This document shows positions 18,364 through 27,671 of a stretch of DNA of 64,000 nucleotides, in pieces. The stretch comes from an uncultured Clostridium sp. (lineage in GTDB: Bacteria > Bacillota > Clostridia > Christensenellales > CAG-138): the NCBI GenBank assembly GCA_964612925.1, contig CAZTFU010000005.1, forward strand, positions 11,578 to 75,577, read 5' to 3'. The position numbers were made by a program, and so were the translations under genes. The notes under the pieces were generated by a model that made no database searches, was not told the DNA's origin, and saw only the letters and a list, made by a program, of their open reading frames with translations. The stretch's first letter is position 1, and each line of letters begins with the position of its first letter.

Positions 18364-18430
18364 ATGGTCGTTATGAGCCGCGATGCTCATAAAATAAGTT
18401 TAACTTTTACGCAGGAGGTAAATTTTCGCA

Positions 18431-19792
18431 ATGAACCAGAACAACGAAGGCATTTTCAATGCCAGGGGCCAGCTTGGTTGGCCAAAGACTATCGTGCTTG
18501 GATTCCAGCACATGTTTGCAATGTTCGGCGCAACCGTACTCGTTCCCGCGCTGACAGGTCTTAGCGTATCTGCTACTCTGCTTTTCGCGGGTCTCGGCAC
18601 GCTGCTGTTCCACCTTATTTCAAAGGGTAAGGTTCCCGCATTCTTGGGTTCTTCCTTTGCATTCATCGGCGGCTATGCGGCCATCGCCCCCTTCCTTGAG
18701 GATCCCGCAAACCCCGGTGTGTTCAATGTTCCCAACACCGAAATGCTTCCCTACGCCTGCTTCGGCGTTGTGATAGCGGGTCTGCTGTATGTTGTGCTTG
18801 CGGCCTGCTTCAAGTTCTTCGGCATGAAGAAGGTTATGCGCTTCTTCCCGCCAATAGTTGTGGGTCCCATAATCATCTGCATCGGCCTCACCCTTTCCTC
18901 CTCCGCAATCAACAATTGCAGCACCAACTGGCTTATAGCTCTGCTTGCCGTCGCGGTAGTCGTTGTCTGCAACATCTGGGGCAAGGGCATGATTAAGATA
19001 ATCCCCATTCTGCTTGGTTTCTTGGTTTCCTACATAGTAGCTGCCGTATGCGGCCTTGTGGACTTCACTCCCGTTAAGGAAGCTGCTTGGATAGGCCTGC
19101 CTTTCCAGATGGAAGACACCGTTATCGGTCTGTTCACCAGGAGCGACCTTGACGTAAGCAAGCTTATCACCGCGGTGTTCACCATCGCTCCCCTCTCCCT
19201 TGCCACCATGGTTGAGCATATCGGCGACATCTGCGCCATATCCTCCACCTGCGGCAAGAACTACATCGAAGATCCCGGTCTGCACCGCACCCTGCTTGGT
19301 GACGGTCTTGCCACCTCCATGGCCGCAATATTCGGCGCACCTGCAAACACCACCTACGGTGAGAACACCGGCGTGCTTGCACTCAGCAAGGTATATGACC
19401 CCTTCGTAATCCGCATTGCGGCAGTGCTCGCGGTAATCTTCAGCTTCTGCCCCAAGTTCGCGGCTCTCATCCGCGTAATGCCCACTGCCACCATCGGCGG
19501 CGTATCCATGATACTCTACGGTATGATATCCGCAGTCGGTGTACGCAACGTTGTCGAAAACAAGGTTGACTTCACCAAGTCCCGCAACGTTATAATCGCG
19601 GCCATAATCATGGTGCTTGCACTTGGCATAACCAACTCCAGCGACGGCGCACTGACCATCGGCTCCATCAGCTTCTCCGGTCTGGCCGTTGCCAGCATAG
19701 TCGGTATAGTGCTCAACGCCATCCTTCCCGGTAAGGACTACGAATTCGGCAAGGACGAGCAGGGCGACACCAGCGTAAACTTCAAGGTCTGA
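18431..19792 (+). CDS. pyrP: uracil permease (NCS2 nucleobase:cation symporter)
   Basis: RBS AGGAGG upstream. The polytopic membrane protein has an N-terminus typical of UraA/PyrP (WPKTIVLGFQHMFAMFGATVLVPALTG) plus later ENTGVLALSKVYDP. Confidence 0.88.
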   Translation: MNQNNEGIFNARGQLGWPKTIVLGFQHMFAMFGATVLVPALTGLSVSATLLFAGLGTLLFHLISKGKVPAFLGSSFAFIGGYAAIAPFLEDPANPGVFNVPNTEMLPYACFGVVIAGLLYVVLAACFKFFGMKKVMRFFPPIVVGPIIICIGLTLSSSAINNCSTNWLIALLAVAVVVVCNIWGKGMIKIIPILLGFLVSYIVAAVCGLVDFTPVKEAAWIGLPFQMEDTVIGLFTRSDLDVSKLITAVFTIAPLSLATMVEHIGDICAISSTCGKNYIEDPGLHRTLLGDGLATSMAAIFGAPANTTYGENTGVLALSKVYDPFVIRIAAVLAVIFSFCPKFAALIRVMPTATIGGVSMILYGMISAVGVRNVVENKVDFTKSRNVIIAAIIMVLALGITNSSDGALTIGSISFSGLAVASIVGIVLNAILPGKDYEFGKDEQGDTSVNFKV

Positions 19793-19812
19793 TAAACAAC
19801 AGCTAAAGCACA

Positions 19813-19847
19813 ATCGGCTCCACTAAGACTATGGGAGCCGATTTTTT
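19813..19847 (+). terminator. intrinsic terminator after the uracil permease
   Basis: Stem TCGGCTCC/GGAGCCGA followed by TTTTTT. Confidence 0.8.
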
Positions 19848-19883
19848 ATATGCGTATTTGCTTTGCCGCAGTATTTCGCGGCA

Positions 19884-19915
19884 CAAAGAAGCGGTATATT
19901 CTATACCGCTTTTTG
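19884..19915. terminator. hairpin between convergent genes, possible clpX terminator
   Basis: Stem AGCGGTATA/TATACCGCT with loop TTC, an A-rich 5' flank and a T-rich 3' flank. It sits 33 nt from the clpX stop. Confidence 0.4.
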
Positions 19916-19947
19916 TGTCTTTATTAAGTTATGCCGCCGTATTCGGC

Positions 19948-21198
19948 TCAGCTTGCGCTTGTGCCCTCGGGCAGTGCGCCAAAGGTGTAGACGGGCTTGG
20001 ATGTGCCGTCTATAACGCCCTTGGTTATTTCGCAGCCCTGAATGTTTTCCATCGAAGGCACCTCATACATAATGCTCATCATGGCATTTTCAAGTATAGC
20101 CCTCAATCCGCGTGCGCCCGTTTTGCGCTCTATGGCAAGGTGTGCAACCTCGCGTAAGGCTTCCTCATCAAACTCAAGTTGTACTCCATCCATTTCAAAC
20201 AGCCTCTTATACTGCCTTGCAAGGGCATTCTTGGGCTTTGTCAAAATGTCCATAAGGGCGTTTTCGTCAAGCTGCTCAAGCGTTACTATTATGGGCACCC
20301 TGCCTATGAACTCGGGTATAAGGCCATACTTCAAAAGATCCTCGGGAAGTATCTTTTTAAGTATTTCGCCCACATTCTTTTCGGTTTGACTTGCCACCTC
20401 GGCACCAAAGCCCATCAGTTTTTTTGCGGTACGGCGGGAAATGATATCCTCTATCCCCGCGAATGCGCCGCCGCAGATAAACAGTATCTTCGATGTGTTT
20501 ATCTGAATAAATTCCTGATGCGGATGCTTGCGCCCGCCCTGCGGCGGCACGCTTGCAACGGTACCCTCGATTATCTTCAGCAGTGCCTGCTGAACGCCCT
20601 CGCCGCTAACGTCGCGCGTTATGGACGGATTTTCGCTCTTACGGGCAATTTTGTCTATTTCGTCTATATAGACAATGCCCTTTTCAGCGCGTTCAACATC
20701 ATAATCGGCCGCCTGAATAAGCTTGAGCAGTATATTCTCAACATCCTCACCAACGTAGCCCGCTTCGGTAAGGCTTGTTGCATCGGCCACGGCAAACGGC
20801 ACCTGAAGCATCTTGGCAAGCGTTTCCGCAAGCAAAGTTTTGCCGCTGCCCGTGGGCCCGAGCATAACTATGTTGCTCTTTTGCAGTTCAACATCGTCCC
20901 TATCCTCGGGTGCGCTGATGCGCTTATAATGATTATACACGGCAACCGCAAGTGCGCGCTTTGCATCGGCCTGACCCACAACATATTGATCGAGTATTTC
21001 CACAATATCCTTGGGCTTTGGCAGATCGGTCATCTCCTCGGGCTCGGTTGTGAAGTCCTCGTCAATTATTTCCCTGCAAAGCTCAATACATTCAGAGCAA
21101 ATGTATACGCCGGGTCCCGCTATTATGCGGCTGACCTCATCCTGCGACTTACCGCAGAAGGAACACTTTACCGTTCCCTTCTCGTCTGTTTTTGCCAT
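19948..21198 (-). CDS. clpX: ATP-dependent Clp protease ATP-binding subunit ClpX
   Basis: N-terminal zinc finger [11 protein letters not shown]...CSECIELC, Walker [12 protein letters not shown], and the typical ClpX length of 416 aa. Confidence 0.95.
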   Translation of the reverse strand: MAKTDEKGTVKCSFCGKSQDEVSRIIAGPGVYICSECIELCREIIDEDFTTEPEEMTDLPKPKDIVEILDQYVVGQADAKRALAVAVYNHYKRISAPEDRDDVELQKSNIVMLGPTGSGKTLLAETLAKMLQVPFAVADATSLTEAGYVGEDVENILLKLIQAADYDVERAEKGIVYIDEIDKIARKSENPSITRDVSGEGVQQALLKIIEGTVASVPPQGGRKHPHQEFIQINTSKILFICGGAFAGIEDIISRRTAKKLMGFGAEVASQTEKNVGEILKKILPEDLLKYGLIPEFIGRVPIIVTLEQLDENALMDILTKPKNALARQYKRLFEMDGVQLEFDEEALREVAHLAIERKTGARGLRAILENAMMSIMYEVPSMENIQGCEITKGVIDGTSKPVYTFGALPEGTSAS

Positions 21199-21202
21199 CA
21201 GG

Positions 21203-21787
21203 TCATCTCCTTGGAGGAATTATTTCGTCTATCAGCCCATATCGCAGTGCTTCCTCCGCGCTCATGTAATGATCGCGTTCGGTATCGCGTGCAACCTGCT
21301 CCACGGTGTGACCGGTGCGCTCAGCCAATATCTTATTCAGCTTTTCCCTTGTTTTTATAAGCTGTTCCGCATGGATGGCAACCTCGGTCGCCTGTCCGCG
21401 CGCTCCGCCAAGGGGCTGATGTATCAATATTTCGCTGTTAGGCAGGGCGCGGCGTTTGCCCTTTGCTCCCGCCGCCAACAGGAATGCGCCCATACTTGCC
21501 GCCATACCGATACATATCGTGGAAACATCACAGCGGATGTACTGCATTGTATCATATATGGCCATGCCTGCGGTCACGCTGCCGCCGGGGCTGTTTATAT
21601 ACAGGCTTATATCCTTATCCGGGTCATCCCCTTCAAGGAAAAGCATTTGGGCTACGATAAGGTTAGCCTCATCATCGGTAACCTCTCCCCCAAGGAAAAT
21701 TATTCTGTCTTTAAGCAGCCTTGAGTAAATGTCATATGAACGTTCACCCTTATTGGTCTGCTCTATTACCATTGGTATAAGGCCCAT
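21203..21787 (-). CDS. clpP: ATP-dependent Clp protease proteolytic subunit ClpP
   Basis: [30 protein letters not shown], and catalytic Ser context [14 protein letters not shown]. Confidence 0.95.
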   Translation of the reverse strand: MGLIPMVIEQTNKGERSYDIYSRLLKDRIIFLGGEVTDDEANLIVAQMLFLEGDDPDKDISLYINSPGGSVTAGMAIYDTMQYIRCDVSTICIGMAASMGAFLLAAGAKGKRRALPNSEILIHQPLGGARGQATEVAIHAEQLIKTREKLNKILAERTGHTVEQVARDTERDHYMSAEEALRYGLIDEIIPPRR

Positions 21788-21828
21788 TTTTGCGCCTCCT
21801 TTATATTATTGTCAGCGCGTTTATGCGC

Positions 21829-23109
21829 TTATTTCTCAACCGCGCTGCTGCAAAGCATGTCAAGAGTCTTATCGACTATGGCCTGATCCTCAAAGTATGC
21901 TTTGTCATCTTCGCTCAGCTTCTGTTTGAATTCCTCCGCCCTGTCACCGAACTGAGCGCAGTATTCATTCAGCTTCTTTTCGACCTCTTCCTCATCAGCC
22001 TTGAGACCTTCGGCCTTAACTATGGCATCAAGCACAAGCTGAGTCTTTACGCGGCGCTCCGCATCGCCCTTCATTTCGGCCTTCATGGATTCCATGGTAG
22101 CTCCGGTGAACTTGCAGTAATCCTCAAGCGTTATGCCCTGCATGCTCAGGCGATAGCGAATATCGTTGAGCATATGGTCCATCTGACGTTCGACCATAAC
22201 CTCGGGAATGTCAACGGTTGCGTTATCAACAGCCTTTGTGATAATCTCGTTTTCCTTGTTGTTTTTGGCTTCCTGCTTTGCCTTTTCCTCAAGCTCCTCA
22301 CGCTTATGCGCACGAAGCTCTTCAAGGGTATCAAAGTCGGAAACGTCCTTGGCAAGCTCGTCATCAAGCTCGGGCAGTTCCTTCATGCGAATGGCATGTA
22401 CCTTAACGCGGAATACGGCATCCTTGCCCTTGAGTTCGTCACTGTGGTACTCATCGGGGAACTTGACGTTAAGATCCTTTTCTTCGCCGATGCTCATGCC
22501 GACCATCTGCTCTTCAAAGCCGGGAATGAACATGCCGCTGCCAATGGTAAGCTGCTGATGTTCCGCGGTGCCGCCGTCAAACTTCACGCCGTCAACAGTG
22601 CCGCTGTAGTCAAGCTCAACCTCGTCGCCGTTCTCAACAGGACGCTCAACATCTATCATGCGGGCAACCTTTTCGCGCTCACGCTCGATTTCGGCCTCCA
22701 CCATTTCATCCGTAACATTATACTCCTGCTTTGCCACTTCTATACCCTTATATTGGCCCAAAGTTACTTCGGGCATAACGGTAACAACGGCCTCAAATTC
22801 GACATCCTGACCCTTTTCGGCACTGGTGATGGTGATTTCCGGCCTGTCAACGGGCTTTACGTCATGCTCCTTCACAGCAGCTTCGTAAACTGCGGGATAG
22901 GCAATGTCAAACGCATCGTCAACGAACACGTACCAACCATAGTTCTTCTCTATAACGCCCTTGGGTGCATGGCCCTTGCGGAAGCCCGGCAGTGCAATGT
23001 TCTTGCGCAGCTTCAAATAAGCTGCATCCACTGCCTTTTCAAAATCGGCAGCGGGAATACTCATGCTGAGTTTTACCTTGTTACCCTCAAGCTTTTCAAA
23101 ATTTGCCAT
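21829..23109 (-). CDS. tig: trigger factor
   Basis: Ribosome-binding motif GFRKGHAP near the N-terminus, an FKBP-type middle domain, 426 aa, and a position upstream of clpP-clpX. Confidence 0.93.
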   Translation of the reverse strand: MANFEKLEGNKVKLSMSIPAADFEKAVDAAYLKLRKNIALPGFRKGHAPKGVIEKNYGWYVFVDDAFDIAYPAVYEAAVKEHDVKPVDRPEITITSAEKGQDVEFEAVVTVMPEVTLGQYKGIEVAKQEYNVTDEMVEAEIEREREKVARMIDVERPVENGDEVELDYSGTVDGVKFDGGTAEHQQLTIGSGMFIPGFEEQMVGMSIGEEKDLNVKFPDEYHSDELKGKDAVFRVKVHAIRMKELPELDDELAKDVSDFDTLEELRAHKREELEEKAKQEAKNNKENEIITKAVDNATVDIPEVMVERQMDHMLNDIRYRLSMQGITLEDYCKFTGATMESMKAEMKGDAERRVKTQLVLDAIVKAEGLKADEEEVEKKLNEYCAQFGDRAEEFKQKLSEDDKAYFEDQAIVDKTLDMLCSSAVEK

Positions 23110-23249
23110 AATATCCTCCGAACAAAATTATTCAATAGCAAACAGGCGGACATACCGCCGTCAGTATAGCTTATCACAACCACACCTCTTTTGCAAACAT
23201 AGATTATGCCAAAATCAACCTTTTTTCATTATGTTCACGGTTTTGTACA

Positions 23250-23278
23250 TTGACTTTGCTCATTATGGGTATTATAAT
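23250..23278 (+). promoter_or_regulatory. sigma-70-type promoter upstream of the SGNH hydrolase gene
   Basis: TTGACT (23250-23255), a 17-nt spacer, then TATAAT (23273-23278). Confidence 0.5.
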
Positions 23279-23368
23279 TCAGATAATCTAATACATTATA
23301 TTAGATGTTGGCAAAACTGTTAATCAAATGTGTACTTGCTATACACATCACGAGAAAGGAGAGTAAAT

Positions 23369-24061
23369 ATGAAGCAGATTCTTAGGGCGAACATATACGG
23401 TGATTCGATAATGAAGGGCACCGTGCTTGACAACGGCTACCGTTACCATGCCATAATGAACCGTTATCTGTCCACGCTGTACGAGCGGTTCGGCATAGAG
23501 GCCGAAAACCGTGCCCGGTTCGGCATAACCGTGCAGCGCGGGCATAGTATTCTTCGGCGCGATATAGCCGAGGGGATGGATTGTGAGCTTGCACTTGTTG
23601 AATTTGGCGGAAACGACAGCAATTTCCATTGGAATGAAATCAGTCTGTTCCCTCAGCGCGAGCATTTGCCTTTTACAAGCATGGCCGATTTTGTGGATAA
23701 CCTTGCCGCCATGGTTGATGAATTAAGGCTTCAAAACGTACAGCCCATAATGATGACATTGCCGCCGATAGATCCTCAGCGTTATTTCGATTTTATAATA
23801 AGGAACGGCAACAGCCGCGAGAACATACTCACATGGCTCGGCAGTGTGCAGAAGATATATGACGTACATAGTTCGTATTCATCTGCCGCGGCAAGCGTAG
23901 CCAAATCGAAAAGCGTTCCTCTCGTTGATGTAAGGGCGGCCTTCCCACGCAATGATACACTCGGAGAATATGTCTGTATAGACGGTATTCACCCAAACGA
24001 AAAGGGCTATAGGCTTATAGCGGACGTGTTTGCCTCATTTTTTGAAAAAGCACTTGCGTAG
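23369..24061 (+). CDS. SGNH/GDSL-family hydrolase
   Basis: Track ORF 23330..24061. ATG 23369 lies behind GAAAGGAG. Motifs are YGDSIMKG (block I), FGGND and DGIHPN (block V). Confidence 0.8.
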   Translation: MKQILRANIYGDSIMKGTVLDNGYRYHAIMNRYLSTLYERFGIEAENRARFGITVQRGHSILRRDIAEGMDCELALVEFGGNDSNFHWNEISLFPQREHLPFTSMADFVDNLAAMVDELRLQNVQPIMMTLPPIDPQRYFDFIIRNGNSRENILTWLGSVQKIYDVHSSYSSAAASVAKSKSVPLVDVRAAFPRNDTLGEYVCIDGIHPNEKGYRLIADVFASFFEKALA

Positions 24062-24162
24062 CAAATAAGCATTTTCCATTCTTTGCCGCATATCGGTCGG
24101 GCCGTTTTTTGCCATACTATTTGAGTAGTAAATCGTCAGCAAAAACGAAAGGCGGCAAAACA

Positions 24163-25827
24163 ATGGAAATAGTTATATGGATAGCGGCACAGGCTGCCGT
24201 ATTCGGAGCAATATGGTGGTTTGTTTCATCGCGCAATGCAAAGGCTCAACCAAAGCCAAAGCGCAAGGCAGTTGAGCGCGCGCGGGATGAGACCGCCGAA
24301 TTAAAACAGTTGAAGGCGCTCCGTGCGCAGTCTTTGAACATGCCGTTAAGTGAAAAGGCCCGTCCTGTGCGCATGGAGGATATAATCGGTCAGCAGGAGG
24401 GCATACGCGCACTGCGAGCGGCAATGTGCGGTCCCAATCCCCAGCACGTTATAATATACGGTCCGCCGGGCATAGGCAAAACGTGCGCGGCAAGACTTGT
24501 GCTTGAGGAGGCCAAACGGCGTCCCGATTCTCCGTTCAACGAGAACTCGAAATTCATAGAGCTTGATGCCACCTGTATCCGCTTTGACGAAAGGAGCATT
24601 GCGGACCCGCTTATAGGTTCGGTACATGACCCGATCTATCAGGGCGCGGGTCAACTTGGGGCACAAGGTATACCGCAGCCAAAGGCGGGTGCCGTAACAA
24701 AGGCTCATTGCGGGGTGCTTTTTCTTGATGAAATAGGCGAACTGCACCCGATACAGATGAATAAGCTGCTGAAAGTACTTGAGGACAGGCGTGTGTTCTT
24801 TGACAGTGCATACTATTCGCCCGACAACCCCGCCATTCCCGCGCACATACATGATATCTTTGCACACGGTCTGCCCGCGGATTTCAGACTGATAGGTGCC
24901 ACCACGCGAAGCCCCGAGGAGCTTCCAGCCGCACTGAGGTCACGCTGTGTTGAACTTTTCTTTGACCCGTTGGGGCAGCAGGAGCTGGAGGCCATAGCAA
25001 GCGGTGCCGCTGCAAGGATAGGCTTTGAAACGGATTCCGATGCGATAAGCGAATGTGCGCGTTACAGCGGCGGCGGCAGGGATGCGGTGAACATGATTCA
25101 GCTTGCATCTGGTGCGGCACTTGACGAAGGGCGCGGCACGATAACCATTGATGATATACGTTGGGTGGCACGCACATGCCACCATTCGCCACGTGTTCAG
25201 GGCAAAATTCGCCGTGAAAGCACCGCAGGGGTCTGTGCGGGGCTTGCCGTGTCGGGGAGCGGCACGGGCGTGAGCATAGAAATAGAATGCACGGCACGGC
25301 GCGTAGCCCATGGGCAGGGCAAACTGAGGCTGCTCGGCATGGTCGAGGAAGAAGAAATAGATCTTCGTTCAAGAAAACTAAAGCGAAAGGGCACGGCACT
25401 TGCAAGTGCGCAAAACGTAATGTTGTGCTTTACATCCCGTTTTGGGTTGGACATGAACGATTATGACGTTACATTCAATGTGCCGGGCGGCATCCCAATG
25501 GACGGGCCAAGCGCGGGCATAGCCCTATCCGTTGCACTGATGAGTGCAATCACCTTAAAACCGCCCATTCCGATGCTTGCAATGACGGGAGAAATAACGT
25601 CACGCGGCGAGGTTAAAAGTGTTGGCGGCGTGCGGGAAAAGCTTGCCGCCGGCATTGAAGCGGGTGCGCAAACGCTTATAATCCCCAAGACCAATTATGA
25701 AGCCGATTTTGCCAATCTTAATGCAAGTATACTGACCGTATCCGACATTACGGACGTTATGCGCATATCATTTGGGCTAAGCGCACAGGAGGAATGGATA
25801 GACGGCGTTATACCCTTACTTGCATGA
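24163..25827 (+). CDS. lonB: membrane-anchored Lon-family protease (LonB type)
   Basis: Track ORF 24109..25827; the start is moved to ATG 24163. Evidence is the N-terminal TM helix IVIWIAAQAAVFGAIWWFV, Walker A GPPGIGKTCAA, and the Lon protease domain PMDGPSAGIALSVALMSA. Confidence 0.85.
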   Translation: MEIVIWIAAQAAVFGAIWWFVSSRNAKAQPKPKRKAVERARDETAELKQLKALRAQSLNMPLSEKARPVRMEDIIGQQEGIRALRAAMCGPNPQHVIIYGPPGIGKTCAARLVLEEAKRRPDSPFNENSKFIELDATCIRFDERSIADPLIGSVHDPIYQGAGQLGAQGIPQPKAGAVTKAHCGVLFLDEIGELHPIQMNKLLKVLEDRRVFFDSAYYSPDNPAIPAHIHDIFAHGLPADFRLIGATTRSPEELPAALRSRCVELFFDPLGQQELEAIASGAAARIGFETDSDAISECARYSGGGRDAVNMIQLASGAALDEGRGTITIDDIRWVARTCHHSPRVQGKIRRESTAGVCAGLAVSGSGTGVSIEIECTARRVAHGQGKLRLLGMVEEEEIDLRSRKLKRKGTALASAQNVMLCFTSRFGLDMNDYDVTFNVPGGIPMDGPSAGIALSVALMSAITLKPPIPMLAMTGEITSRGEVKSVGGVREKLAAGIEAGAQTLIIPKTNYEADFANLNASILTVSDITDVMRISFGLSAQEEWIDGVIPLLA

Positions 25828-25834
25828 TAAAATA

Positions 25835-25890
25835 AAGGCCGCATGAGTGGGAAAGCATTGCTTTCGTCTCACGCGGCCTTATTTTGTTCT
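25835..25890 (+). terminator. intrinsic terminator after lonB
   Basis: Long imperfect hairpin closed by AAGGCCGC/GCGGCCTT (inner GAAAGCA/TGCTTTC), followed by ATTTTGTTCTTT. Confidence 0.6.
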
Positions 25891-25910
25891 TTATTCCGAA
25901 CCATAAGCCC

Positions 25911-26378
25911 GTCGAAAAAGCAGGGTTGTTAAGGCCAGCTGAAATAGTAAACACCCGCCTAAAAAGGCACTGTTTAGCCAATCACTTCGTTACTCGGGTC
26001 TCGTCATACGGTCCTGTATGGCTTCGCCCTCGTGCCTTGTGCTTAGCACAAACATTGCTCTTTTTAGGTGCTAAGCAGTTTTGCGGTAGATATTTTGTGC
26101 CGTGACGAAGAAAAAGCGCAGCAAGATACCGGGGCGTATCTTCGAGCATTTTTCTAAAGTCAAGGTGCAAAATAGCACCTCAAAACCGTATGTTTATTAT
26201 TCCAGATGGCCTTAGGGGCGGCAGCCCCTTAAACCAATTCCGGCTTTGACGACATGTGCGTCAAAACGGATGAAAACCTATAGGTTTTCGTACTTTGCGA
26301 GTTTTGCCGCCCGCGAACGAATGTGAGAGGCAAAACTCGAGAAAACTCGAAAAAGTGGCAGCTGCCACTTTTTCGACA
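25911..26378 (-). repeat. hairpin-rich repeat family 2, copy A (interrupted by family-1 element)
   Basis: Segments 25911..25931 plus 26212..26378 align, reverse-complemented, with 36229..36413. The ends are GTCGAAAAAG and CTTTTTCGAC, a 10-bp terminal inverted repeat. Confidence 0.75.
25932..26211 (-). mobile_element. MITE-like element family 1, copy A (non-autonomous, no transposase)
   Basis: This is the reverse complement of 47759..48037 over its full length. The terminal inverted repeats are GGCCAGCTGAAATAGTAAACAC and GGCCATCTGGAATAATAAACATAC. TTA flanks both sides (25929-31 and 26212-14). Confidence 0.75.
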
Positions 26379-26387
26379 CTTTGCCTT

Positions 26388-27659
26388 TTATTTTCCCGAT
26401 ACATTTACGTTCGGTATGCGCACGGCAAACGGCCCTTCATAATAAGCATCCGAATACCTATCGACAGAGAATGTAAGCTTGCCCTGCTTATCAAACATGC
26501 TGCCATTTATACTGCCGCCCGTGAGCAGTTTCACACCTTCTTCATCATAAAGATACGCAAGGCGTATTTCACCGCCGAAGTGGCCGCTCATCGGATCCAT
26601 TTGAAAATCGGAGAACGAAACGGGATAAAGACAGCCCTTTTTCATTTGGTCGAATGCTACCGTGCCGTTGTCTACCCTTACGCGGGAATAGTCGCCCGTG
26701 GGCTCTATGTCAAGGTAGCGGCAGAAGCGCGTTGAACCGTATATGCACTGCACTATGCCGCCTTTAAGAAGTGCAAGATCCTTCATGGGAATACCCTCAT
26801 CCGAATAGGGCAGGCTTGGCACAAGGGTAAGGTTTATGGCCTCACCTCCGTCAAGTTCTCCCTGTGCGGCGGTGCCGACCTCCCAATCCGAATAATGCGG
26901 ATATACCATTGATGCGTGTGCGCGGCGGGTATAAAGCTGCATCAGCGTTGCCATGTGTTCTCCGCTCAAAACCACGTCATAGGTTCCTGCGGCGGGGCAA
27001 TCGTGCGCATGAGCGCGGTCGCAAACGGCATCAAGCGCATGCTTTACCTTTTCGCTTAATGCGGCCGTGTCAAGATCGTCATAGGAGAAGGAGAAATACT
27101 GTTCAACATCCTGCGGTTGCTTTGCCTGTGCAACAAATTCGCCGCTGCAACCGTACTTTACGAATGAAACATCCGTACCGGCAGATGTGAATATGCTCAT
27201 TTTTGTGCGCTTTATGAACACCTCCGCGCTGTTCAGCCAAGCATCCTGCCGTGAATCAGGCGCAAAGAGCGCACTTGCCATAAGCTCCGCCGCCGAAGCA
27301 AGGGTATACTCGGCAAGTGAAGAGGGCATTTCCTTTTCGTCCTCCTTGGTGCCCGCATAAAGCTCATAGTACGGGTTTTTAACATAGCCCGCGGCAGTGT
27401 ATGCATCGCTGAGCGCATCGGTAACCTCATCCGCATCCGCACCCGAGAACAAAAGTACCGTGCTGTTGCCGCGGAATTTCACGCCGTCCTGTTCAAAAAC
27501 GTTGTAAACGGTAACGCTGTATTCATGTGCATCCTTTATGCGGCGCATATCAAGCCTTTTCTTTATAAAGAAAAGCTCAGCAGAGGATCTATGTGTTTCG
27601 GTTATGCTGTATTCGTTTATATTCAGCGCATCAAGCGCATTGAGTATTGCCTGTTTCAT
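26388..27659 (-). CDS. pmbA: TldE/PmbA-family metalloprotease subunit
   Basis: 423 aa TldD/PmbA-fold protein lacking HExxxH, lying immediately downstream of the TldD-type gene. Confidence 0.75.
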   Translation of the reverse strand: MKQAILNALDALNINEYSITETHRSSAELFFIKKRLDMRRIKDAHEYSVTVYNVFEQDGVKFRGNSTVLLFSGADADEVTDALSDAYTAAGYVKNPYYELYAGTKEDEKEMPSSLAEYTLASAAELMASALFAPDSRQDAWLNSAEVFIKRTKMSIFTSAGTDVSFVKYGCSGEFVAQAKQPQDVEQYFSFSYDDLDTAALSEKVKHALDAVCDRAHAHDCPAAGTYDVVLSGEHMATLMQLYTRRAHASMVYPHYSDWEVGTAAQGELDGGEAINLTLVPSLPYSDEGIPMKDLALLKGGIVQCIYGSTRFCRYLDIEPTGDYSRVRVDNGTVAFDQMKKGCLYPVSFSDFQMDPMSGHFGGEIRLAYLYDEEGVKLLTGGSINGSMFDKQGKLTFSVDRYSDAYYEGPFAVRIPNVNVSGK

Positions 27660-27671
27660 TGCTTTTTCTCC

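Noticed and set aside
18229-18430. PyrR-binding antiterminator in the uracil-permease leader.
   Set aside because: I found no UCCAGAGAGG-type binding loop by eye, so I proposed the leader-peptide mechanism instead. A covariance-model search would be decisive.
13920-25827. The proteostasis cluster (lonA-engB, clpX-clpP-tig, lonB) as something unusual.
   Set aside because: The same genes are neighbours in Bacillus (tig-clpX-lonB-lonA-ysxC). Here they are only split and partly inverted, which is ordinary rearrangement.
25982-26735. Track ORFs inside or starting in the repeats: 25884..26105(+), 25982..26170(-), 26295..26735(+), 35777..36313(-), 36142..36378(+), 47662..47868(-).
   Set aside because: They lie in repeated, hairpin-dense DNA, lack Shine-Dalgarno sequences, and in family 2 the frame is not preserved between copies. 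The one frame kept open in both family-1 copies is discussed in the findings as unlikely but not excluded.
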